DNA of 29,450 nucleotides, from NCBI GenBank assembly GCA_037139635.1, contig JBAXFW010000001.1:1-29450 (forward strand), written 5' to 3'. Below the pieces are notes generated by a model, which made no database searches, was not told the origin of the DNA, and worked only from the letters and a program-made list of their open reading frames with translations. A program made the position numbers and the translations under genes. This DNA is from a bacterium. Its GTDB lineage: Bacteria; Patescibacteriota; Minisyncoccia; Phycocordibacterales; UBA9973. Positions 7,992 to 15,723 of this stretch are shown here, piece after piece. Numbering within the stretch: the stretch's first letter is position 1; the number at the start of each line of letters is the position of its first letter.

Positions 7992-9114
7992 ATCAATAAA
8001 AAGTACCAAGGGGAAAATAATACTTTTACGTGCAGGTTTTGATGTACCTATAGAGAACGGGAAAGTTGTTGATTCAAATAGAATAGAGGCATTATTGCCC
8101 ACTATTAAATATCTAATAAAAAAAGGTCCTTTAGTTATTATGTCTCACCAAGGGAGGCCAAAGGGTAAAAGGGATATGAATTTTACTCAAAAACCAATTG
8201 TTCCTGTTTTGGAAAAGTTGCTTAAAATTAAAGTTAAATTTGCTGATTCTTGCATAGGAGACGAAACAGAAAAAATAGTTAAAAATTTAAAAAAAGGAGA
8301 AGTACTTTTACTTGAAAATTTACGATTTGAAGCAGGAGAAGAGGGCAATGATCCTATTTTTGCAAAAAAATTGGCTAGCCTTGGAGATATTTATGTAGAT
8401 GATGCATTTCCGAATGCTCACAGAAAACATGCTTCAATAGTCGGAGTACCAAAATATTTACCAAAATTTGCCGGTTTTCAATTTTTAGAAGAGGTGAAAT
8501 ATTTATCACTTGTTTCTAAAAAAACAAAACACCCATTTTTGTTGATTTTAGGCGGCGTGAAGTTTGAGACTAGGCTACCTATTATAAAGCGTTATTTAAA
8601 AATCGCTGACAATATTTTTATTGGTGGAGCACTTGCGAACCAAGTTTTTAAGGAAGAGGGATTTGAGACTGGAATTTCACTTGTTGAAGAAAAAAATTAC
8701 AACTTACCAAAACTAATTAAAAATAAAAAAATAATTTTACCAACTGATGTTTTGGTGTTAGGTGGGACGAAGACAAGAGTGACGTCTCCAACTGGAGTAG
8801 AAAAAAATGAAAACATTATAGATATGGGAATAGAATCTATAAAGGAATTAGAGGAAAAAATTAAAAAAGCAAAAATGATTTTATGGAATGGTCCACTTGG
8901 TAAATCAAGTACAAAACTTGATATTGCTACTGGAAAAATAATTCATGCAATTGCTAAAACAAAAGCCATTTCCATTATCGGTGGGGGAGATACGGGCGAA
9001 GTGGTTGCTAAAATGAAAATGGAAAAAAAGTTTACTTTTGTTTCTACTGGTGGTGGAGCCACCCTCGACTTTTTAGCAAATGGCACCTTACCAGGCATTA
9101 AAGCACTCGAGTAA
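7978..9114 (+). CDS. pgk: Phosphoglycerate kinase
   Basis: SHQGRP, LENLRF, DAFPNAHR, WNGPLG, GGGDT and STGGGATL motifs. ATG at 7978 (14-nt overlap with tpiA) preferred over TTG 7960. Confidence 0.95.
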   Translation: MKSIKSIKSTKGKIILLRAGFDVPIENGKVVDSNRIEALLPTIKYLIKKGPLVIMSHQGRPKGKRDMNFTQKPIVPVLEKLLKIKVKFADSCIGDETEKIVKNLKKGEVLLLENLRFEAGEEGNDPIFAKKLASLGDIYVDDAFPNAHRKHASIVGVPKYLPKFAGFQFLEEVKYLSLVSKKTKHPFLLILGGVKFETRLPIIKRYLKIADNIFIGGALANQVFKEEGFETGISLVEEKNYNLPKLIKNKKIILPTDVLVLGGTKTRVTSPTGVEKNENIIDMGIESIKELEEKIKKAKMILWNGPLGKSSTKLDIATGKIIHAIAKTKAISIIGGGDTGEVVAKMKMEKKFTFVSTGGGATLDFLANGTLPGIKALE

Positions 9115-9490
9115 TTTTTTCTATTAGCACTTTTGCCTGGCCATCTTTGTATGTTTTGGTTGGAAGGTTTGGGAAATGCTCAGTAAAATATCTTGGGAAA
9201 ATATGAATATGAAAATGTGGTACTTCATTGCCTACGACAGATTCTTGGACATAATCACAAGGAAGACCGTTTTTTAATGCTAGCATCATTTTTTTAGTAA
9301 GCTTAAATATTTCTGATATTGTGTCATCGTCAGCTTCTTGCATCCATACTACATGTTTTTTGGGTATTATTAGCAGATGTCCATCAGAAACTGGTTTAAT
9401 ATCTAAAAAAACAAGAAATTTTTCATCTTCATAAATTTTGTCACAAGGAATTTCACCTTTTACTATTTTACAAAATATACAATTATCCAT
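9098..9490 (-). CDS. Histidine triad (HIT) nucleotide hydrolase, HinT-like
   Basis: MDNCIFCKI start, GHLLIIPKKH, triad VPHFHIHIFPR. Its 3' end overlaps the pgk 3' end by 17 nt. Confidence 0.93.
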   Translation of the reverse strand: MDNCIFCKIVKGEIPCDKIYEDEKFLVFLDIKPVSDGHLLIIPKKHVVWMQEADDDTISEIFKLTKKMMLALKNGLPCDYVQESVVGNEVPHFHIHIFPRYFTEHFPNLPTKTYKDGQAKVLIEKITRVL

Positions 9491-9518
9491 GGGTACATTA
9501 TATGATACAATCTTTGAT
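9491..9518. promoter_or_regulatory. Back-to-back -10 elements for the divergent HIT and recJ genes
   Basis: Minus-strand TATAAT (plus ATTATA 9497-9502) lies 6 nt from the HIT ATG. Plus-strand TGaTACAAT (9503-9511) lies 7 nt from the recJ ATG at 9519. Confidence 0.65.
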
Positions 9519-11270
9519 ATGCAAAATTATTCAGAATTACTTCAAATATTACTCAAAAATAGAGGAATAGAGGAAGAAGAAGAAATAACTAAATTTTTAA
9601 ATCCAAATTTTGAGAAAGATCTTCATGATCCATTTTTGATGCGTGACATGGAGAGGGCTTGTGTGCGAATTTTTGCAGCCATAGAGGCAAATGAAAAAAT
9701 AGTGATTTATGCTGACTACGATGCGGATGGAATTCCGGGCGCGGTAATTTTGAGTAGTTTGTTTAAAAAAATTGGGTATCAAAATTTTGAGGTTTATCTT
9801 CCACAAAGGAATAGTGAAGGGTATGGATTAAATATGTCCGCTATTGAGGAATTTCGAGATAAGAATATAAAGCTTTTAATTACTATTGATCTTGGTATTA
9901 CGGCTATCGCTGAGGTCGCGCAAGCAGAAGTGGATGGCATTGATGTGATCATTACAGACCACCATTTACCACATGAAACTTTGCCACGTGCTTATGCAAT
10001 TTTGAATCCAAAAGTAGACAATTACCCAGAGAAAATGTTATGTGGAGCAGGGGTAGTTTTTAAGTTGATTCAAGGTTTTATTAAAAAATACGGAGAATAT
10101 TTTGATAGCCAAAAGACAGGTCAAAATTTTTTGTCTGCGGAACTCGCTTTGCTCAAACAGTCCTCGACGGCAAAATCTTCACCTGCTCTTTTGGCTGGTT
10201 GGGAAAAATGGATGCTCGACATGGCCGGCCTTGCTACTCTTTCTGATATGGTTCCCTTATTAGGGGAGAATCGAGCAATAGCATATTTTGGAATAAAAGT
10301 TTTAAGAAAATCAAAGCGTCCTGGATTACAAAAATTACTTGCAAAAATAAATGTTGATCAAAGATATTTATCAGAAGATGATATCGCTTTTATGGTAGTG
10401 CCTAAATTGAATGCTGCTTCTCGTATGGATGATCCAATGCGAGCATTTGAATTACTTGCGACAAATGATGTCGTTGAGGCCGGTGTGCTCGCAAATCATT
10501 TAACAAAAATAAATGATGAAAGAAAATTAATTGTCGCAGGAATTATGCGCGAAGTAAAAAAGAAATTTGAAGCGAGAGAAACGAAAGAGGTGATCGTAGT
10601 CGGGAATCCTTTATGGCGTGTTGGGGTACTCGGGTTGGTGGCAGGAAAATTGATGGATGAGTATGGTAAACCAGTGTTTGTCTGGGGTAAAGATGAAAAT
10701 GATATTATTAAAGGTTCTTGTCGCTCTCCCGGGTCAGTATCTATCGTAGAGTTGATGACAAAAAACAAGGATTCATTTTTGGAATATGGTGGACACGAAT
10801 TGGCTGGAGGTTTTACAGTACATCCCGATAGAATTCATTTCTTAGAAGAAATTCTTTCAAATTCTTTTCATGATGTAAAACGAGTGGTTGAAAATATAGG
10901 AGAGGTGGAAGGAGATTTCACTTGTGATCTTGGTTATGTAAATATGAAAAATTGGAAAGAAATTGAAAAAATGGCACCATTTGGAATTGGCAACCCTAAA
11001 CCAACATTTAAATTTAAAAATATTAAAATTGAAAAAATTAAAAAGTTTGGTAAAAATGGTTCAGGCGAGCATTTGGAAATTACTTTTAGTGATGTTGGTA
11101 AAAATAAAGCCGTGGCTATTTCATTTTTTTCTGGACACGATTCTTTCAATGTACCAATTTCTGAGGGTTTAAACATAGACCTATTGGCAACTTTGGATCT
11201 GTCGAGATTTAGAGGCAGGGAAGAACTTCGTTTGAGAATAATAGAAATATCAAGTACAATAAATATATGA
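9519..11270 (+). CDS. recJ: Single-stranded-DNA-specific exonuclease RecJ (DHH family)
   Basis: IYADYDADG, ITIDLG, ITDHH, DMVPL, LNAASRM, KGSCRS, YGGHELAGG, APFGIGNPKP and a C-terminal OB fold. Start at 9519 rather than 9438, which would overlap the HIT gene head-to-head. Confidence 0.95.
   Translation: MQNYSELLQILLKNRGIEEEEEITKFLNPNFEKDLHDPFLMRDMERACVRIFAAIEANEKIVIYADYDADGIPGAVILSSLFKKIGYQNFEVYLPQRNSEGYGLNMSAIEEFRDKNIKLLITIDLGITAIAEVAQAEVDGIDVIITDHHLPHETLPRAYAILNPKVDNYPEKMLCGAGVVFKLIQGFIKKYGEYFDSQKTGQNFLSAELALLKQSSTAKSSPALLAGWEKWMLDMAGLATLSDMVPLLGENRAIAYFGIKVLRKSKRPGLQKLLAKINVDQRYLSEDDIAFMVVPKLNAASRMDDPMRAFELLATNDVVEAGVLANHLTKINDERKLIVAGIMREVKKKFEARETKEVIVVGNPLWRVGVLGLVAGKLMDEYGKPVFVWGKDENDIIKGSCRSPGSVSIVELMTKNKDSFLEYGGHELAGGFTVHPDRIHFLEEILSNSFHDVKRVVENIGEVEGDFTCDLGYVNMKNWKEIEKMAPFGIGNPKPTFKFKNIKIEKIKKFGKNGSGEHLEITFSDVGKNKAVAISFFSGHDSFNVPISEGLNIDLLATLDLSRFRGREELRLRIIEISSTINI
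10107..10196. repeat. 90-bp imperfect palindrome inserted in frame in recJ
   Basis: Terminal AGCCAAAAG/CTTTTGGCT; inner CAGGT/ACCTG, AAAATTTT/AAAATCTT, TTGTC/GACGG. Exactly 30 codons. Confidence 0.75.
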
Positions 11271-12016
11271 AAAAAGATGAAATCATAATTTATACTGACG
11301 GATCGTCTCTTGGAAATCCTGGCCCTGGTGGTTGGGGAAGTGTCGTTTTGTTCCCAGAAAATAAGGTTGTTGAATTGGGTGGTAGAGAAAAAGAGTCAAC
11401 CAATAATCGCATGGAAATGATGGCAAGTATCATGGCTTTGAAAGAAGTTGAAAAAAGAAAGATAAAAGCTAAAACTATTAAAATTCATACTGATTCATCA
11501 TATTTACTAAATGGTATTACTATGTGGGTACATGCTTGGGTAAAAAATAATTGGAAAACAAAAACGGGAGAAGATGTTCTCAATAAGGATTTATGGGAAA
11601 TGCTATATAAGGTAAATTCAAATTTGTCTCATAAGTATGAAATCGAATGGGTAAAAGTATCCGGACATTCTGGTGTTCATTTAAATGAAAGGTGTGATGT
11701 CATAGCGACGAGTTTCTCTGCCAACAATACTACTATTCTTTTTACGGGAAGTTTTGAAGATTATGAAAAACTTTTTGGCCAAATTGATTTTGAAGAGACG
11801 GCCGTGAGAGCAGGGAAAAAAACTTCTAAAAATAAAAATACTAAAACAGCCTACTCGTATGTTTCGGCAGTAGGTGTAAAAGTACATGCTGATAAGACAT
11901 GGGCAGAGTGTGAAAAAAGAGTTAAAGGTAAATCGGGCGCTAAATATAAAAAAGTTTTTTCAAAAGAGGAAGAGCAAGAGTTGGTGGCAGAATGGACATT
12001 AAAATCTTTATTTTAA
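11267..12016 (+). CDS. rnhA: Ribonuclease HI with a C-terminal hybrid-binding (caulimovirus viroplasmin-like) domain
   Basis: YTDGS, GNPGPGGWG, TNNRMEM, HTDSSY, WVKNNWKT, NKDLW, GHSG..NERCD (all four acidic catalytic residues present). C-terminal TWAECEKRVKGKSGAKYKK. Confidence 0.93.
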   Translation: MKKDEIIIYTDGSSLGNPGPGGWGSVVLFPENKVVELGGREKESTNNRMEMMASIMALKEVEKRKIKAKTIKIHTDSSYLLNGITMWVHAWVKNNWKTKTGEDVLNKDLWEMLYKVNSNLSHKYEIEWVKVSGHSGVHLNERCDVIATSFSANNTTILFTGSFEDYEKLFGQIDFEETAVRAGKKTSKNKNTKTAYSYVSAVGVKVHADKTWAECEKRVKGKSGAKYKKVFSKEEEQELVAEWTLKSLF

Positions 12017-12021
12017 AAAAT

Positions 12022-12639
12022 ATGCTTGAAAAAATAAACAATATAAAACGGAGAACACTTGATGATACGTTAAATTCTTTTGAAAATCTGGATATAAAAA
12101 TAGAATTGGCAACTCCGGAAGATTGGCAAGATTGTAAAAAACTAAGGTTAGAAGCACTAAATAGTGAAGATGCTTATATGCTAGGAGATACTTCTCAGCA
12201 AATTAAAGTTGAAGAAGCAAAAACTGAAGAGCAATGGAGAAAAGAGCTTTCAAGTAATGACATGTTTACTGTTTTATCTAAAAATAATCTTACACCTGTT
12301 GGTATAGGTCGTGCTGAACAATATAAAAAGGGGATTTGGATTTTATATAATGGTTATCTCGAAAAAGAGTTTCAAGGTAAAGGTATTGGTAGAAAAAATT
12401 TTGCTATGCGCTTAAAGATAGTGAAAGAGCGTGGTGGAATAAAGGTAACGACAGGGATAAAGCGCAATAATGATCGATCGATGAGTGTGGCTAAATATTT
12501 TAACTTTAAAGTACTGGATGCATTATCTGCAAGTTTTTTAGCAAAAAAAATTATTTTACCTACTTGGAAAGTTATGGAATGTGATTTGAATGATCCAGAG
12601 GTTATTAAAAAAATTAATGAAGTTTTAAATGAAGGATAA
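12022..12639 (+). CDS. GNAT-family N-acetyltransferase
   Basis: YLEKEFQGKGIG acetyl-CoA motif A and N..SMSVAKYFNF. ATG at 12022, just after the rnhA stop, preferred over 11992. Confidence 0.75.
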   Translation: MLEKINNIKRRTLDDTLNSFENLDIKIELATPEDWQDCKKLRLEALNSEDAYMLGDTSQQIKVEEAKTEEQWRKELSSNDMFTVLSKNNLTPVGIGRAEQYKKGIWILYNGYLEKEFQGKGIGRKNFAMRLKIVKERGGIKVTTGIKRNNDRSMSVAKYFNFKVLDALSASFLAKKIILPTWKVMECDLNDPEVIKKINEVLNEG

Positions 12640-14146
12640 AATTTTTTTCTTAGTTTGTGGAGGTTTTATTGCAGGAATATTTTTGCGTTCATTTTTTTCT
12701 ATTAATATTTATGTTGCTATTTTACTCTCCGTTATATCTTTAGGGATTATTTTATTTTATAAATTAGCCTCACCAGGGCATTCTAAAACGGCGGGATCTA
12801 AAAATAAGTGGGGTATAGCGGCTGGAATATTTATTCTGGTTTTTTCTTTTGGTATTTTACGATTTGATTTTTCTGAAAATAATGTGAACATGCCTCAGGA
12901 TTTATGGTCTCAGAAAACAACGTCTGAAAATCAGAGTGTCAGCTTGTCTGGCATGATCGATGAGAGTCCTATAATAAAAGAAAACAATCAAAAATTAACA
13001 GTAAGAATTGAAGATAGTAGTGATTTCAAAATTTTACTTACGACTGATTTTAGTTATGAATATAAGTATGGTGATATTATTAATTTTTACGGCAAAATAG
13101 AAAAACCAGAAAATTTTATAACAAATACAGGAAAAGAATTTGATTATATAAATTATTTAAAAAAAGATGGAATATTTTATGTGATGAATTTTCCCAAAAT
13201 AGAGATTAGCACGAGGGGAAATGGAAATAAAATAAAAAGTATCTTGTTTAATGTAAAGGATAAATTTTTAGAAAAAATAAACGAGAGTATTAAGAGTCCC
13301 GAAAATCTTTTAATGGGTGGACTTATTTTGGGAGAAAAATCAGCTTTTAATCAAGAACTAAATCAAAATTTTATAAATACTGGTACGATCCATATCGTTG
13401 CACTTTCAGGTTACAATGTCACAATTGTGGCAGAGTGGATCATGAAAGTTTTTACCTTTTTACCTAAAAATATAGGTATTGGAATTGGAATTTTTACAAT
13501 CTTACTTTTTATAATAATGACGGGAGCAAGTTCTACTGCAATTCGCGCAGGCGTGATGGCGATACTAGCTCTTATTGCTCGAGCAACTGGTAGAGATTAT
13601 GATATTTTGAGAGCGATGATTTTGGCGGGAGTATTGATGCTATTACTCAACCCATATGTTTTAGCTTTCGACGTTTCATTTCAGCTTTCATTTTTAGCAA
13701 CATTTGCAGTTGTTTTTATTTCTCCACGAGTAGAAAAATATTTTACTTGGATAACTGATAAATTTAAATTAAGGGATATTGTGACAGTTACTTTTGCTAC
13801 TTATCTTTTTGTTTTACCATTTATTCTTTATAAAATGGGGAATTTGTCACTCGTAGCGTTGCCTGCCAATTTTTTAATTTTGCCATTTATACCATTTACA
13901 ATGTTGCTTGGTTTTATCACTGGTGGACTTGGACTTATTTGGTATGTATTTGCAGCTCCAGTTGGATTTTTATCTTATTTATTTTTACATTACGAATTGG
14001 GAATTATAAACTTTCTAGGAAATCTTCCATTTGCTTCTTTTGCAATTCCAAATTTTCCATTGGTTATAACAATAGCTATTTATATATACGTTATTTATAA
14101 ACTTTTTGGAAAAAATATTAAAAAGTTTTTTATAGAAGAATATTAA
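12629..14146 (+). CDS. comEC: ComEC/Rec2 DNA-uptake channel (OB/DUF4131-like plus Competence domain), without the beta-lactamase domain
   Basis: NPENF/FDY motif region, GGLILG, GTIHIVALSGYNV, TGASSTAIRAG, NPYVL..DVSFQLSF, NLSLVALPAN; many transmembrane segments. Confidence 0.93.
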   Translation: MKDKIFFLVCGGFIAGIFLRSFFSINIYVAILLSVISLGIILFYKLASPGHSKTAGSKNKWGIAAGIFILVFSFGILRFDFSENNVNMPQDLWSQKTTSENQSVSLSGMIDESPIIKENNQKLTVRIEDSSDFKILLTTDFSYEYKYGDIINFYGKIEKPENFITNTGKEFDYINYLKKDGIFYVMNFPKIEISTRGNGNKIKSILFNVKDKFLEKINESIKSPENLLMGGLILGEKSAFNQELNQNFINTGTIHIVALSGYNVTIVAEWIMKVFTFLPKNIGIGIGIFTILLFIIMTGASSTAIRAGVMAILALIARATGRDYDILRAMILAGVLMLLLNPYVLAFDVSFQLSFLATFAVVFISPRVEKYFTWITDKFKLRDIVTVTFATYLFVLPFILYKMGNLSLVALPANFLILPFIPFTMLLGFITGGLGLIWYVFAAPVGFLSYLFLHYELGIINFLGNLPFASFAIPNFPLVITIAIYIYVIYKLFGKNIKKFFIEEY

Positions 14147-14244
14147 AAAATTTGAAAAAATCAAAAATTTTTGAGCCTTCGCCCTCTGAAAAGATAGGAA
14201 AAGGGACTCACGACTCTTAAAATTTTTATTTTTCCAAATTTTTT
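14145..14244. repeat. ~100-bp imperfect palindrome across the convergent comEC/sod ends; likely bidirectional terminator
   Basis: Left arm AAAAAATTTGAAAAAATCAAAAATTTTTGAG (14145-14175) pairs with 14214-14244 with few mismatches; inner CCCT/AGGG. Confidence 0.65.
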
Positions 14245-14813
14245 TCGACTATTTGCCAATTCAAATTATTAAAAAAAGCATCAATATAATTTTTCTTTTC
14301 TGATGTTGGGTAGTCATAAACAAATGCATGTTCCCACATATCAAGAGCGATTATTGGGGAAGTGGAGACGAGATGCCCAACATGTTGTTCATCAACCCAA
14401 TGGTTAATTAGTTTTCCACTTTCTTTGTCATATGAGAGCATGGCCCAACCTATACCACGAGTCAATGCTAGTGTTTTAAATTTTGTAAGCCATGCGTCAA
14501 ACGAGCCAAAGTCTTCAATTAAAGCCTGCTCAAGTGCTCCACCAGCGGTGATTGCATTTGCGCCATCAGCTAAAGAACTGAAATAGTATTCATGGTTGCG
14601 CATGCCTCCAAATTCAAAAGCAAATCTTCTTTGTAATTCACTGATAATATAAGCATTTGTCGTGTCGCTGGTATCTAGACTTCCGATTTTTTCCAATATT
14701 AAATTGGTGTGCTTTACGTAGCCTGCGTAAAGCTTTAAGTGTTCGTCTATGTTTTTTGTAGATATTCCTTTTAGTTCACCGATATTGAAAGTTTTTAATT
14801 TATAGTTTTCCAT
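14226..14813 (-). CDS. sod: Fe/Mn superoxide dismutase
   Basis: Metal ligands in EHLKLY, GGMRNHEYYF and DMWEHAF; GIGWAML. Confidence 0.92.
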   Translation of the reverse strand: MENYKLKTFNIGELKGISTKNIDEHLKLYAGYVKHTNLILEKIGSLDTSDTTNAYIISELQRRFAFEFGGMRNHEYYFSSLADGANAITAGGALEQALIEDFGSFDAWLTKFKTLALTRGIGWAMLSYDKESGKLINHWVDEQHVGHLVSTSPIIALDMWEHAFVYDYPTSEKKNYIDAFFNNLNWQIVEKNLEK

Positions 14814-14853
14814 GTAATTTGGTTAATTTATTAATATGTTAATATTATAACAG

Positions 14854-15723
14854 ATGTCTGAAGAATACATGAAGAAAAACTGGTTACCATTTTTCTTTTT
14901 TGGGCTACTGTTTTTAGCTTCATTTCTTTTTTATTTTGATTGGCAAAATTCTCACAAAAATTTTACTTTTGCAATGCTTGATATTGGGCAAGGAGATGCT
15001 TTATTTATCGAATCACCAACTGGAACCAAGGTGTTGATTGATGGTGGATCACCTAAAAAAATTCTTAGTGCTCTTACACAAGTATTATCTCCATTTGATC
15101 GAAAAATAGATGCAATTATTATTACCAATCCAGACGAAGATCATATCGGAGGATTGTTGGACGTTTTAAAATCATATAAAGTTGGTGAGGTTTTTGAATC
15201 AGGTACTTGGAGTGATTCAAAAATATATCAAACGATAGAAAATGAAATTAAGAATAAAAATATTCCTGATATTTTAGCGAAAAAAGGTATGCGTCTTGAT
15301 TTAGGTGGTGGGGCAGTGATAGATATATTATTTCCAGATAGAGATGTCACAAGTTGGGAGACAAATACTGGCTCAGTCGTAGCAAAGCTTTCTTATCAAG
15401 GAAAGTCATTTATGTTGACGGGGGACGCTCCATTTGAAACTGAAAAATTAATTTTGGCTGATAATCCTAGTTTACTTTTAAAAAGTGATGTTCTCAAGGT
15501 GGGGCACCACGGTTCGAGAAGTTCTTCTTCGGAAGAATTTTTGAAAGCCGTTGGGCCATCAATGGCATTGATTTCAGTTGGGAAAGATAATAAATATGGG
15601 CACCCAACAGAAGATACTTTAAGCAGGCTTTCAGCGGTCGGAGCTCAGATTTTCCGCACAGATTTGCTTGGTACAATAATTATAAAATGTGATAAGATTG
15701 GAGTATGCAAGATAAACAAATAG
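14854..15723 (+). CDS. ComEC-type metallo-beta-lactamase-fold protein (stand-alone C-terminal ComEC domain)
   Basis: N-terminal membrane anchor, LDIGQGDA, LIDGG, TNPDEDHIGG, NTGSVV, LTGD, LKVGHHGS, SVGKDNKYGHP, FRTD. Alternative start at ATG 14869. Confidence 0.9.
   Translation: MSEEYMKKNWLPFFFFGLLFLASFLFYFDWQNSHKNFTFAMLDIGQGDALFIESPTGTKVLIDGGSPKKILSALTQVLSPFDRKIDAIIITNPDEDHIGGLLDVLKSYKVGEVFESGTWSDSKIYQTIENEIKNKNIPDILAKKGMRLDLGGGAVIDILFPDRDVTSWETNTGSVVAKLSYQGKSFMLTGDAPFETEKLILADNPSLLLKSDVLKVGHHGSRSSSSEEFLKAVGPSMALISVGKDNKYGHPTEDTLSRLSAVGAQIFRTDLLGTIIIKCDKIGVCKINK

Noticed and set aside
15696-15707. GGAG before glyA as a Shine-Dalgarno site
   Set aside because: It ends only 1 nt before the ATG, too close to function, and is part of the upstream coding sequence.
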